From: Methanobacteriota archaeon
Lineage (GTDB): Archaea; Methanobacteriota; Methanobacteria; Methanobacteriales; Methanobacteriaceae
Length of the DNA: 64,000 nucleotides
Direction: 5' to 3'
Assembly: GCA_963787255.1 (NCBI GenBank)
Contig: CAWBCJ010000025.1
Span: 256,001-320,000 of the forward strand
Part shown: positions 43,112 through 54,472 of the stretch, one piece after another
Layout: every line of letters begins with the position of its first letter
Numbering within the stretch: the stretch's first letter is position 1
Notes under the pieces: model-generated
Seen by the model: the letters and a program-made list of their open reading frames with translations, nothing else
Database searches by the model: none
Told to the model about the DNA's origin: nothing
Program-made: the position numbers and the translations under genes

Positions 43112-44077
43112 TTGTTGCAACCGGAATATTTTAGCTTGAAAAATTTTAAATTTGAATCTCAATTTCTTTTACCTGAATTAAAAATAGAATATTCATCATT
43201 TGGCAGGAAAGAAATAGATGAAAATGGAAATTTAACCAATGCAATTATTTATCTTCATGGTTGGAGTGGAGATTACAACTCAATTAAACGCATTAAGGAT
43301 ATTGTGGGTGCTGGAAAGCCTATTGACACCCAAAAATATTATGTAATCTGTCCAACAGCTTTAGGTTCTCCCGGATCATCAAGCCCATCCAATTCAGGAT
43401 TAGGCCATTATTTCCCGGAATATACAATTAAAGATATGGTAAATGCTGTTTATTCTTTTCTTATTGAATGTTTTAATGTGGTGCATCTTAAAGGAGTTAT
43501 TGGAACATCTCTTGGGGGTTTTCAAGCGCTTGAATGGGCGGTGAGTTATCCTGATTTTATGGATTTTGTTATACCACTTACAACAAGTCATGATGTACGG
43601 GGAAAAAATTTTGCAATCTTTAATTTAATGAATACCTATATAAAAGATGATCCCGAGTATAATGGCGGTGAATATGAAAAGAATCCGGAAATAGGCTGTC
43701 AAAATGCCTCTATGCTTCTATATCTTTTTGGGTTTTCCGATAAGTATTATAAAAAATGTTCTAATGAAGAAGTACTTGAATCAATTAATGAAATGAAAAG
43801 AGCAGGGGTTGAAATGGATGCTAATGATATGGTATGGCGTAACAGGGCAGCTATTTCACATGATGTCACTCCACGAATCTCTAATATTAAAGCAAAAACG
43901 CTTATTATCGGGGTAAATCAGGATCTGTATTTTCCGCCGGATACAGATACAATACCTTTGTCAAAATTGATTAAAGGTTCAAAACTTTTTTTATATGATT
44001 CTATATTGGGTCATTTGGGAACTAGTGAAATAATAAAAGCAGAAAATGTTATTCGAGAATTTTTAGAGGAAATATAG
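43112..44077 (+). CDS. alpha/beta hydrolase, homoserine O-acetyltransferase-like
   Basis: LHGWSG, GTSLGG nucleophile, DLYFPP and GHL motifs. Confidence 0.85.
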   Translation: MLQPEYFSLKNFKFESQFLLPELKIEYSSFGRKEIDENGNLTNAIIYLHGWSGDYNSIKRIKDIVGAGKPIDTQKYYVICPTALGSPGSSSPSNSGLGHYFPEYTIKDMVNAVYSFLIECFNVVHLKGVIGTSLGGFQALEWAVSYPDFMDFVIPLTTSHDVRGKNFAIFNLMNTYIKDDPEYNGGEYEKNPEIGCQNASMLLYLFGFSDKYYKKCSNEEVLESINEMKRAGVEMDANDMVWRNRAAISHDVTPRISNIKAKTLIIGVNQDLYFPPDTDTIPLSKLIKGSKLFLYDSILGHLGTSEIIKAENVIREFLEEI

Positions 44078-44174
44078 CTATTATAATCCTCTTTTTTAAA
44101 AATTTCAATAAATAGTTATTAAATAACAATCATATAAACCATACAAATAGTAATTGGAGAATGGAGCAGGGATT

Positions 44175-44453
44175 ATGAAAGTAAAAATTATTGATTATGG
44201 TCCTTTAAAAGATTCTAAAAAATATTATGTAAAATATAGAGTCTTTGATATTGATGAAAACACTTTAAATAAATTAAGGGATCGTGTTGAAGATGAAATA
44301 GAGGTTAAAGATGGTGAATTATTTTTAACTGTTTATTTTGATGAGGGTTATTTTCCCTTTGGAAGTGATGAATCCAAATTTCGAAGAGAAGACTTTATAG
44401 AAAGGGAAGAAATTGAAATGACTGCTTATTTATTAAGTATTTTAGAAGATTAA
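44175..44453 (+). CDS. conserved Methanobacteriales protein (DUF5750-like)
   Basis: MKVKIIDYG...FIEREEIEMTAYL. Confidence 0.7.
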   Translation: MKVKIIDYGPLKDSKKYYVKYRVFDIDENTLNKLRDRVEDEIEVKDGELFLTVYFDEGYFPFGSDESKFRREDFIEREEIEMTAYLLSILED

Positions 44454-44481
44454 TCCTGTAAAACTAAATGTGTGAGTGTAA

Positions 44482-45324
44482 ATGGCAGATACTAAAAATT
44501 TTAGAATACGGAAGAAATTGCAGCTTGCAATGTCTAGTTCTATGGAAAGAATGGGAATGCATGAATTTAATTCTCGTAGTTTTGAAGTTGTTCCTGTTGA
44601 TGTTGATATACCTGGTCTTAACCCTGTTTTTGACGGTTTTAAAGTAGTACATATTACTGATATTCATTTAGGGCAGTGGATATCTATTGAACGTTTGAAG
44701 GGAGTTATGAATCTTGTTAATCAACAAAATCCTGATGTAGTGGCTATTACGGGTGATTTTGTATCCTATGCAATAGATCATCTAATTGATGGTTTAACTA
44801 GTTGTCTTTCAATTTTAGAGCCTAATGTTGCATCTATTGCTGTTTTAGGAAATCATGATCATTGGCTGGGCGCAGATAAAATACGTAAATCTCTAAGTGA
44901 TAGCAATATAATTGATGTAAGTAACAGTGTTTACACGCTGGAACGAGAAGGTGCAATGCTTAATTTTGCAGGTGTAGATAGTGTTATGCTAGATAAAAAT
45001 CGTTTAGATTTAGTAATGGATAAGTTACCTGATTCTGGGCCGGCAATTTTACTTGCACATGAACCTGACTTTGCTGATATTAGTTCAACTACGGGAAGAT
45101 TTAGTTTGCAGATTTCAGGCCATTCACATGGAGGTCAGTTTTTAATTCCAGGTATAGGAACTTTTATTAGAGGATCTCAATTTTTAAAATATCCTGCTGG
45201 AAAATATAAAGTTGGAGATATGATTCAATACACAAACAGGGGTCTAGGGACAAACATTTTCTGGATTAGAATTAATTGTGCACCTGAAATTACAGTATTT
45301 AATCTAAAAAGTCCAAAAGAATAG
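44482..45324 (+). CDS. YkuE-like metallophosphoesterase
   Basis: TDIH, TGDF, LGNHD, AHEPD and SGHSHGGQ motifs. Confidence 0.92.
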   Translation: MADTKNFRIRKKLQLAMSSSMERMGMHEFNSRSFEVVPVDVDIPGLNPVFDGFKVVHITDIHLGQWISIERLKGVMNLVNQQNPDVVAITGDFVSYAIDHLIDGLTSCLSILEPNVASIAVLGNHDHWLGADKIRKSLSDSNIIDVSNSVYTLEREGAMLNFAGVDSVMLDKNRLDLVMDKLPDSGPAILLAHEPDFADISSTTGRFSLQISGHSHGGQFLIPGIGTFIRGSQFLKYPAGKYKVGDMIQYTNRGLGTNIFWIRINCAPEITVFNLKSPKE

Positions 45325-45479
45325 TAAATCTAGAAGTTAATGTGTATATAATCTTGAAACGCGTGATATTATTAAATTTTTCTGTGTTTTTACTGGCTTT
45401 CCAGTCTAAAAAAAACCTGACCATAAATTGATATTACTTAAAGATTTTTATCTAATGAACATTTTTTAGGATATAATTT

Positions 45480-45920
45480 ATGAATGAACTTTGTATAGTT
45501 GCATGTGGAAAGAAGAAAATTTGGGATAAAGATTCCTCAGTAGGTTCTGTAAAATCTAAAAATCTTTATACGGGCATATTTACTCGAAAATGTATTGAAT
45601 ATGCAGAAAAATATCATAAAAAATCTTATTGTATTTTATCAGCAAAGTACGGATTCTTATACCCTGAAGAAATTGTAGAAGAACCATATACTGAATGTTT
45701 TCATTTAAAAAATACAAATCCTATTACTAAAGAGGCACTTCTTTTACAATTAAAAAGTAAAAAATTGGATGAATGTGAAAAAATCATTGTTTTAGGTGGT
45801 AATTATTATACAGAAATGATGGAAGATTTATTTCCAAAAAAAGAGGTTATAAATCCTCTCGAAGGGATTGGAGGTATTGGTAAAATGATGAAAAGACTTA
45901 ACGAGCTGATTAAAAACTAA
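45480..45920 (+). CDS. DUF6884-like protein
   Basis: IVACGKKK, LYTG, ILSAKYG and GIGKM motifs. Confidence 0.75.
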   Translation: MNELCIVACGKKKIWDKDSSVGSVKSKNLYTGIFTRKCIEYAEKYHKKSYCILSAKYGFLYPEEIVEEPYTECFHLKNTNPITKEALLLQLKSKKLDECEKIIVLGGNYYTEMMEDLFPKKEVINPLEGIGGIGKMMKRLNELIKN

Positions 45921-45985
45921 AAAATTATAGCTTTAACTTAGATTATGAGATAGTTTAATTAACAATAAATAATAAAGGATATTTT

Positions 45986-46744
45986 ATGTTTATGGTACCT
46001 GAATGGATATTAGCTGGTTTATGGGGATTATTGGCAGGTTCTGCTCTTTTAATAGGTGCATTATTTGCATATTTCTTTAAAGTACCTCAACGTATTGTAG
46101 CTTCTGTAATGGCGTTTGGAGCAGGTGTTCTACTTTCAGCAATATCATTAGAACTAATGGAAGAGTCTTTTAGCCTTGGAGGGTATTATAGTATGGTTTT
46201 TGGTTTCATTGCTGGAGCCATGATCTTTACAATTATTAATTCATATCTTTCACGTAAAGGAGCTAAACATCGAAAACGTTCAGGTGGACAGTTAAAGATT
46301 AGCGCAGATGATAGCAGCAGCTTGGCTATTGCTGCAGGTTCAATTATTGACGGAATTCCTGAATCTATCGCGATTGGACTAACGATAATTACAGGAGGCG
46401 CAGTAAGCGTTGCAACAGTGGTAGCAATATTTATATCTAACATACCTGAAGGTTTGTCCAGTACAGCAGGTTTAAAAAAGGCAGGTTGGAATTTAAAATC
46501 TATTTTTACATTATGGATTACAATTACAATAATCAGCGGGTTGGCATCCTTAGCTGGATATAGTGTTTTCAGTCATTTTCCCCCGGAAGTGATTTCAGTG
46601 ACTCTTGCACTTGCAGCTGGAGGAATTTTGACCATGCTCATTGATACCATGATTCCTGAGGCCTTTTCTGAAACACACAATATGGCAGGTATAATAACAG
46701 TTTTAGGTTTTATTGTTTCATTTATTCTTTCAAAAATAGGTTAA
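45986..46744 (+). CDS. ZIP family metal transporter
   Basis: MAFGAGVLL, DGIPES, SNIPEG and MIPEAF motifs. Confidence 0.92.
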   Translation: MFMVPEWILAGLWGLLAGSALLIGALFAYFFKVPQRIVASVMAFGAGVLLSAISLELMEESFSLGGYYSMVFGFIAGAMIFTIINSYLSRKGAKHRKRSGGQLKISADDSSSLAIAAGSIIDGIPESIAIGLTIITGGAVSVATVVAIFISNIPEGLSSTAGLKKAGWNLKSIFTLWITITIISGLASLAGYSVFSHFPPEVISVTLALAAGGILTMLIDTMIPEAFSETHNMAGIITVLGFIVSFILSKIG

Positions 46745-46785
46745 ATTAAAATAAAAAAAAGTAATAAGGAAAGAAATGAAATTTT

Positions 46786-48006
46786 TTACATTTCTTTAAC
46801 TTTATCTGCTAATTTTTTACCTAATTCGTATAAATCATTCATTTCATCATTTGTAGGTACATAGTTAAGCTGTGTTGTTTCAAAAACTTCAAAACCGCAT
46901 TTTTCAAGGTCATCAGCAATTTTTTTCACTCCTCCACCGGCCCATCCCATTGAACCAAAGGAAACAGCTAATTTTTTTATTCCAGTTCTATTAAACATTA
47001 AACCTTCCAAGTAGTACATCAAATCACCTATACTTGGATAAGGCTTGTTAAATATTGTGGGAACTCCAAATAAAACTGCTTTACTGTCGAGGATATCTTT
47101 TACAATTTCGCTTCGCTCGTCATTGTGAAGGAAGTACATCACAACATCAACATCCGCACTCATGATACCTTCGGCTAGTGCATGCGCCATTTTTTGTGTA
47201 GACCCATGCATTGTATCATAAATAATTGTGACCTTATCTTTACATTCTCCTGTTGCCCAGCTGCTGTAAGCTCCTATAATTTTCATAGGGTCAGTCCATA
47301 TCTGCCCATGAGATGGTGCAATTATTTCTATTTTATCTAGAAGACCAAGATCTTCAACTTCCTTGAATTTTCTAAGCACCAGAGGAGATAATGGAGTAAT
47401 TAAATTAGCATAAAATTTCTGTGCTGCATCCATCAAAACATATTCCGGAATTTCATTGTCCATTCGTTTATTAAAGCAAAGATGCTGCCCAAATGCATCA
47501 TTCGAAAATAATACGCCATCTTCAACTAAAAGAGTAAACATACTGTCCGGCCAGTGCAATAAAGGAGCTTCGAGGAAAGCGAATGTTTTATCACCTATAG
47601 AAAGCTGATCTCCAGTTTTTACAACATTAAAATTAGCATCTTCTAGGGAATAATGTCTTTTAAGCCCATCAACTGCTTTTTGTGTGCAGTAAATTGGTGC
47701 ATCCGGGAATTTCTTGACTATTTCAGTCATTGCACCGCTGTGATCTTTTTCTATGTGGTTTTGAATAATAAAATCGATTTGGGGATCTTTTCCTTCTTTA
47801 CTGAATGCATCTTCAATTCTACCCCATAGTTGAGGGGCAGTTCCAGGGTATGTATTGTCAATTAAAACAGTTTTATCTTCGCCAAAAATTAAATATGCAT
47901 TATAGGTCGTTCCGGATAGGGTATATCCATGATAACTTCTTATATCCCAGTCTAATACTCCAACCCAATAAATTCCATCTTTTATTTTTACTGCATCCGC
48001 TTTCAT
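46786..48006 (-). CDS. fprA: flavodiiron protein (F420H2 oxidase-type)
   Basis: [24 protein letters not shown] and PSHG di-iron motifs plus flavodoxin domain (TMHGST). Confidence 0.95.
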   Translation of the reverse strand: MKADAVKIKDGIYWVGVLDWDIRSYHGYTLSGTTYNAYLIFGEDKTVLIDNTYPGTAPQLWGRIEDAFSKEGKDPQIDFIIQNHIEKDHSGAMTEIVKKFPDAPIYCTQKAVDGLKRHYSLEDANFNVVKTGDQLSIGDKTFAFLEAPLLHWPDSMFTLLVEDGVLFSNDAFGQHLCFNKRMDNEIPEYVLMDAAQKFYANLITPLSPLVLRKFKEVEDLGLLDKIEIIAPSHGQIWTDPMKIIGAYSSWATGECKDKVTIIYDTMHGSTQKMAHALAEGIMSADVDVVMYFLHNDERSEIVKDILDSKAVLFGVPTIFNKPYPSIGDLMYYLEGLMFNRTGIKKLAVSFGSMGWAGGGVKKIADDLEKCGFEVFETTQLNYVPTNDEMNDLYELGKKLADKVKEM

Positions 48007-48200
48007 ATTTTCTACACCTCAAAAAAATACTACCTTTAGAATCTTCTTAACATTTTTTTTCTTTATGTTACAATATAAAATTTGTGTAATAAATTCTAAT
48101 TAATAGTATTTAGTATCCTAAATCATGTCAAAAACAGAATTATATGATTAAATATGTTATAATATTGATTAAATTATAAATAAGTCTAAAAGAAAATTAA

Positions 48201-49906
48201 TTAAATCCGTTCTACATATTCAAGTTTATTTATAACTGCTTCAAATCTTGTTCCATTAGATTTATCAACTTTTATTGTACCTTCTAGTTGTGATACCAAT
48301 CCATTTACAAGTTGTAAACCTAATGTATCTGTATTTTCAAAATCAATATCATCAGGAAGACTAATACCATTATCTGCAACAATTAACACATATTGATGAT
48401 CATTAATAGAATGCAAGTCTATAAATATTTCACCTTCTTCACCTGGAGGAAAAGCATGTTTAAGTGAGTTAGTAACAAGTTCGTTAACTATTAAGCCGCA
48501 AGGAATAGAAGTATTTAAATCCATAGAAACATTTTCTACATTTAAATTTAATTTAATCAAGCTTGGATCTACTGCATAGTAACTAATCAAATAAGTTACT
48601 AAATTTCGTATATATTCAGAAAATTCAATATTTACAAAATTTGAAGATTGATAAAGCTGTTCATGGATAAATGCCATAGATTTAACTCTACTTTGACTAT
48701 CTTTAAATAACTCAAGATCCTCTTCATCTTTAATGTATCCAGATTGAAGATTTAGAAGACTGCTGATTATTTGAAGGTTATTTTTAACACGATGGTGGAC
48801 TTCCCTTAGTAATAATTCTTTTTCTTCAAGTGAATCCTTAATTTCATTTTTGGCACGAGTTATTTCAATAATATCGCTTCCAATACAAACAATTCCAATT
48901 GTTCGACCTTCTTCACTTTGAATTAGTGAAATTGATAAAAATACAGGGATTATTTTACCATCTTTCGCCTTAAAATATGTTTCTTTATTGGATATAAATC
49001 CATTTTTCATTAATCCATGATCATCACCGTTAAATAATGCATTTTTCTCGTCTTCATCTGGAAAGATCATTCCTACAGATTTACCAATTAATTCTGCATC
49101 ATCATAGCCTAAAAGACCTTTGGTAGCCTGGTTAACATTAATTATATTCTTTTCAGTATCCAGTAAAAGTAAGAAATTTGACATTGTAGCAACTATTTTA
49201 TCAGCAGCAACTGCTGTTGTAAGTGCTGGAAAACGATATTTCCAAATTCCGTAACTTATCAAGCCTATTCCCACTGTTGACATGGTCATTGTCATTTCTG
49301 GAACTCTTATATATGCACTAGGTAGAATGAGGTCGCTGAATACACTTATTAACAGGGGCATGTAGAGACCAGCAAAAATATACTTTGCTTGCTTTCTTTT
49401 AATATTCTTTAGAATTTAAATAGTATGAAAATATCAAGAATCCTGCTAAAAATCCTGCAATAATGGTCCAAAAGTCATTATGTGAATAATGTTAAATTTG
49501 GCGAGGTTAGTATAAGTCCATCCCCAATATTCATTTAATGCTGGTTAATAAGCAGATTGGTGTTAGTCCGATAATGTGATATTAAAATTGCAGGAAGATA
49601 AATTAAAATGTAGTTAATTTATTTTTAAATATATAATCTTGATTTAGTGAATATAATGCAATATGGAGTAAGATTGATGGGTACAAAAGGCCATAGACTA
49701 CTAACTTTTCAGCCAGAAAAAGGCTATTTGCATAATTATAGCGTGACGATATTCAAATTCAATGAAAGCAAGGAATCCAACAAATATACACAATATTGCA
49801 ATCATTATATTTAGATTGGCTCTTGGGATTTTTATGATAAATAAAATTACCCAAGAAAAAAGCATACCATAAATGCTATCAGTGATGTTAGTGCATAAAA
49901 ATTCAT
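48201..49906 (-). CDS. multi-TM sensor / PAS / HisKA_2 histidine kinase (5' part broken by several indels)
   Basis: LLREVHHRVKNNLQ, NELVTNSLKHAF, DNG and LGLQLV motifs. The N-terminal TM region can be stitched from ATG 49906 (MNFYALTSLIAF...YHKNPKS.LNIMIAILC...EFEYR...YWGWTY...RKQAKYIFAGLY). Confidence 0.85.
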
Positions 49907-50322
49907 TCAATTCTCCAATCTATAGTTATTTATAAGGTGATTAAGTAATTTATGTATTATGTAATTAATTAATGAAAGTAATTTATGCAATTAAATTTTC
50001 TATTTTCTTTAAATTTATTAATTGTTTAATTTGTTATTTATAATATGATTTAAATTATTTATATTTATACTTTTAATTAGAAATATAAGATGCTTATAAT
50101 TAAATAGAAGTTATTATCAGGTAATTTTTAAATTTTAATCTTATTTAAGTCTTAATGTATGTAAAAAAAATAAATTAGATTTTAAATTTAAGTATAAATC
50201 ATTTAATCAATTATATTTATAAAAAAAGGTAGAAAAGAATTTAAATCATATATAAACAAGGGTAATAAATTTAAACTATTTTAGGTAATAATAAATTAAA
50301 CTAGTCAACTAGGGGAATTAAA

Positions 50323-51209
50323 ATGAATATTAATCAAAGAAGGAAATAATAATCGGATATATTAAACACTTCAAGAGATGAAATGACCTTGGCGGATATT
50401 TAGCTGCTTTAGGCAGTCCCTTCTTTCCTTATATCAACATCTTTAATCTTAAATATTAGTTTGGATTTACCAATACTTTTTATATCATATTTACTACCCC
50501 TAATTGTATACAGCTACGATTACTATAAAGATATTGACAAGGATATTAAAAATAATTCTGAAAGAGCCCATTATTTGAAGAAAAATGCTAAAAATTATCC
50601 ATTTCATTTTCAGCTTTTTATATTATCCTCTTGAATTTCCTTTTAATCCTTTATTCAAACTAGGCCAGTCACTTTATAACAGCCATAATAATTAAGTGGA
50701 ATTTATACAACATCCTGCTTAAAAACATAACCAAAAAGATTCCCTCATTTAAAAACATATTTACAGCAATGACATGGGCAATAGGAGGCGCATTTTTCCC
50801 TCTTTTATATCATTCACTGAAATTAATCTTTCATTTATAATAATGTTCTTTTTAATATTTTTAAGATGCACCATTAATGTAATATTCTTCGATTTAAAAG
50901 ATATATGAAATGACAAAGCAGATAACCTAAAAACTTTACCCGTAATACTTGGAAAAAAATCTACAATTAACATTTTACACATATTAAATGTAATAGCATT
51001 TATTCCACTAATTTGGGAATATACTTAATATAATTAGCATTTGGGCAATTTCTTTACTATTATTCCTTTTATACGGCTATTTTTATATCAGTAAAGCTAA
51101 TTCTGCATCAAGTAATGAACTGGAAACAGCAGCACATACATTAGCTGATTTTGAATTTATATTATGGCCTTTATTGCTTACAGTAAATTCACGATTTAGT
51201 TCTATATAA
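50323..51209 (+). pseudogene. UbiA-family prenyltransferase, frameshifted (absent from the ORF track)
   Basis: Stitched translation: GGYLAALGSP...LIVYSYDYYKDIDKD...KKIPSFKNIFTAMTWA...NVIFFDLKDI.NDKADNLKTLPVILG...LADFEFILWP. Both Asp-rich motifs are present; GGGG SD before ATG 50323. Confidence 0.8.
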
Positions 51210-51218
51210 TTTGAATAA

Positions 51219-51626
51219 CTATTCTATTAAATTTTTGATTTTTTCACGCTTGGTATAGGCCATTCCCTGAAAAATAGCAATTAATTCATCATTATTGTCT
51301 GTAATATCAACGGTATAAGTTGAAATTTTTGGATTTCTGGAAATTTCACGAGCTTCAGCAAATAAAACACCACGTTGCGCAGCTTTCATAAAAGAAATGT
51401 TTACATTTATAGCTACAGTTACATTTCCATAAGAATTAGCTGCTACTGCAAATGTAAAATCTGCTAAAGTAAATAAAGCACCGCCATGGACAGTTCCAAT
51501 ACCATTTAAATGGTTTTCATTAATTTCCATTCTGGTTTTTGCGCTTCCTTTTCCTACTTCAAGCAGTTCTATGCCTACATATTCGGCAAACTTATCCTTT
51601 TTGAAGAATTGTTTTATTAATTCCAT
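51219..51626 (-). CDS. PaaI-family hotdog thioesterase
   Basis: HLNGIGTVHGGALFTLAD motif. Confidence 0.92.
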   Translation of the reverse strand: MELIKQFFKKDKFAEYVGIELLEVGKGSAKTRMEINENHLNGIGTVHGGALFTLADFTFAVAANSYGNVTVAINVNISFMKAAQRGVLFAEAREISRNPKISTYTVDITDNNDELIAIFQGMAYTKREKIKNLIE

Positions 51627-51770
51627 TTTAATCACGAATTATAAATATATAGGTCTTTATAATTAAATTTAGAGTTAAATAAATATATTATAAAGTGAAA
51701 CTTAAATGATAAAATATTCAATGTTTAATTAATAAAAAAGATTTATTTCTTCCAATATGAGGCTTCAAAT

Positions 51771-52766
51771 ATGGGCAGTGAAATAAGTAATTCAAGCGCT
51801 TTAATAAATATGACAAAAAAGGTACCTATTGTCCAATTAGGAGAAACAATTGGAACCATCGAAAATTTACTCTCAAAAAAAGCTGCTGAATTTGATTCAA
51901 TTGATTATATTTACGTTGTTGATAATAATAACATCCTTAAGGGTGTAATTTCCATTAAAAGAGTTTTTGATGCTAAGCTTCAAATTAGGGTAGAAAGTTT
52001 AATGGATAAAGATTTGATTACTGTTTATCCTGGAACAAGTCAAAGAAAAGTCGTTTATCTTGCGCTTACAAATGGATTAAAGGCATTGCCAGTAGTGGAT
52101 AAAGAAAAACATTTTATGGGAATAGTTCCTTACGATAACATACTAAAAATATTCAACCAGGAGTATAGGAAGGAGATTTTTAGCTCTGGCGGTATTTCTC
52201 CTAAAGTTGGGGACGAGTACACGACAATTAAATCTTCAGCAGGTGTGATGATAAAATCAAGGCTTCCATGGCTTGTATTAGGTGTTTTTGGTGGTACCAT
52301 AGCAGCATCTGTTATAAGTGGGTTTGAAGAAGTGTTAAGTGAAGTCCTAGTTTTAGCAGCATTTATTCCGGTAATGGTATACATGAGTGACGCTGTAGGA
52401 ACCCAATCTGAAGCTCTTATCATACGGAGCATTGCCCTTGAACCTGGATTACTCCTTAAATCTTATATTGTAAGGGAATTCAAAATAGCCGCTGCACTTG
52501 CAATCATTTGCGGGGCCATAATTAGCTTAATTGCAACTATAGGTTGGGGAAATTCTGTATTAGGACTTATTATAGGATTTTCCATGTTTTTAAGCATTAT
52601 TATCGCTGTTTTAATTTCAACTATACTTCCTTTGGGATTTAAAAAACTCAAGTCAGATCCTGCAATTGCAACTGGCCCTTTCGCCACAATGATAAGCGAT
52701 ATAGCTACATTAGCAATATATTTCAGCGTGGCAATACTATTTTTAGATTATTTCCAGGTAATTTAA
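51771..52766 (+). CDS. mgtE: MgtE-family magnesium transporter (CBS pair + TM)
   Basis: YIYVVD CBS, RLPWL, FIPV..MSDAVGTQS and DPAIATGPFATMISD motifs. Confidence 0.88.
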   Translation: MGSEISNSSALINMTKKVPIVQLGETIGTIENLLSKKAAEFDSIDYIYVVDNNNILKGVISIKRVFDAKLQIRVESLMDKDLITVYPGTSQRKVVYLALTNGLKALPVVDKEKHFMGIVPYDNILKIFNQEYRKEIFSSGGISPKVGDEYTTIKSSAGVMIKSRLPWLVLGVFGGTIAASVISGFEEVLSEVLVLAAFIPVMVYMSDAVGTQSEALIIRSIALEPGLLLKSYIVREFKIAAALAIICGAIISLIATIGWGNSVLGLIIGFSMFLSIIIAVLISTILPLGFKKLKSDPAIATGPFATMISDIATLAIYFSVAILFLDYFQVI

Positions 52767-53000
52767 CAATTAATAAACTATTTTCCTTTTTTTTAAGTAA
52801 ATTTGAGTATTTAAAAGTAGATAGGCATAAATGATTGATATAATTGATTTAAAGCTATATTATTATGTTAATCCTAATTTTTATTACAAATGAAAATCTA
52901 ATATAATATATTAAAATTTTTCAATTTATTAAATAAAACAGTTTACCGCTCCTAAATTTTAAAATAAATGAAAAAAATAGCTACAAAAAGAGGTTAACTT

Positions 53001-53645
53001 ATGGAAATAAATATTGATGAAACCATATATGGTAAACCCGAAAATGAATATATTCCAGTTACATTGAAAACAAAAAGGGGAAATATTTTATGCAGATTTT
53101 ACAAAGCCCCACAAACCAATTCAGGAGCAATTTGGGTTGGTGGCGTTGGTGGAGGCTTTGATACACCTTCAAATGGATTATATCCTGATTTATCCAAAAA
53201 ACTAATGAAAAATAATATTTCATCTTTACAAATTCAATATAGGAATCCAACTAGCCTTGAAGAGTGTGTTTATGATGTAATTACTGGAATTAAGTTTCTT
53301 GAAAGCCAGAAAATATCTAAAATTGCTCTAACAGGTCATTCTCTTGGAGGAGCTGTTGTCATTAAAGCTGCAACTCTTTGCAATTCAGTTAAAACTGTTA
53401 CTACTCTTGCCACTCAAAGTTTCGGCGCTGATGACGTTAAAGAATTTCCAGAAGATACTTCTATTCTTTTGATTCACGGAAGTGATGATTCTGTGCTACC
53501 AGCATCTTGTTCTAGAATAGTGTATGGAATTGCACATGAACCAAAAGAAAGAGTTATTTTAAGTGGAAATGGCCACTGTTTAGAAGAATCAGCAGATAAA
53601 GTGAATGAAACAGTCTATAATTGGATCTTATCTTCAATTAAATAA
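53001..53645 (+). CDS. alpha/beta hydrolase
   Basis: GHSLGG, IHGSDDSVL and GNGH motifs. Confidence 0.88.
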   Translation: MEINIDETIYGKPENEYIPVTLKTKRGNILCRFYKAPQTNSGAIWVGGVGGGFDTPSNGLYPDLSKKLMKNNISSLQIQYRNPTSLEECVYDVITGIKFLESQKISKIALTGHSLGGAVVIKAATLCNSVKTVTTLATQSFGADDVKEFPEDTSILLIHGSDDSVLPASCSRIVYGIAHEPKERVILSGNGHCLEESADKVNETVYNWILSSIK

Positions 53646-53652
53646 AATGTAG

Positions 53653-54222
53653 TTATTCCGTTAGCCCCTTATAATCGCTTTCACCTATTACATAAAGATA
53701 AATTCTATCTTTATTATTAACTTTAACCGGTTTCCAGCCTTCAAAAGTCCATACATATGAAACAACCGGAGTTCCTAGTTTTAATTCATTTAAAAGTTTT
53801 GTTTTAAGTTTTTGATTTGCATTATGTCCTAGAAAAAGCGTCACTGCTGTTGCTTTACTTATATCTTCCTTAAAAATATTTCCCCATATAATTTTAGAAC
53901 CTTTTTGTCTTGAAAAAAATAGAAATAATCTTGACCATAAAACTCTTATAGGGTCTGCTTCTATTCCTACAGCACGTGCATTATATTCTTTAGATGCTTC
54001 CATAACTATTCTACCGTCTCCAGAGCCCAGATCATATAAAGTATCCTTAGAGTCGATTTCGGCCATTTCAAGCATTTTTCTAACCAATTTCTTTGAAGTA
54101 GGTTCAAAACCAGCCCCTATTACTGCAGACCACATTATCCAAACTACAACAGCGCTAATAATAAAAATACTGATAAATACAGCTGTTACTATTGATATCA
54201 AGGTTTTAGTCATCTCCTTCAA
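53653..54222 (-). CDS. membrane-anchored class I SAM methyltransferase
   Basis: N-terminal TM; YDLGSGDGRI. Confidence 0.88.
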   Translation of the reverse strand: MKEMTKTLISIVTAVFISIFIISAVVVWIMWSAVIGAGFEPTSKKLVRKMLEMAEIDSKDTLYDLGSGDGRIVMEASKEYNARAVGIEADPIRVLWSRLFLFFSRQKGSKIIWGNIFKEDISKATAVTLFLGHNANQKLKTKLLNELKLGTPVVSYVWTFEGWKPVKVNNKDRIYLYVIGESDYKGLTE

Positions 54223-54472
54223 ATTTTAATTAGCTAATTAAAATTTAAATAATTGTTATTAATATTTATAATGATTTACATATATTATTTTTGAATTTCA
54301 ATGATAATCAATCATTCTGGTTAATTAACTTCTAATCTTATTATTTTTATCCATTAAAAAGTATTTATCAGTTGTTAGGATAAATATATGATTATATAAG
54401 TTAATTATATGTAATTTTTTTAAAATGTATTTCAATTAATTTATCTTTTATGAAATTTATCCTGTGATTAAA

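Noticed and set aside
50761-50982. 73-aa minus-strand ORF
   Set aside because: Antisense shadow of the frameshifted UbiA gene.
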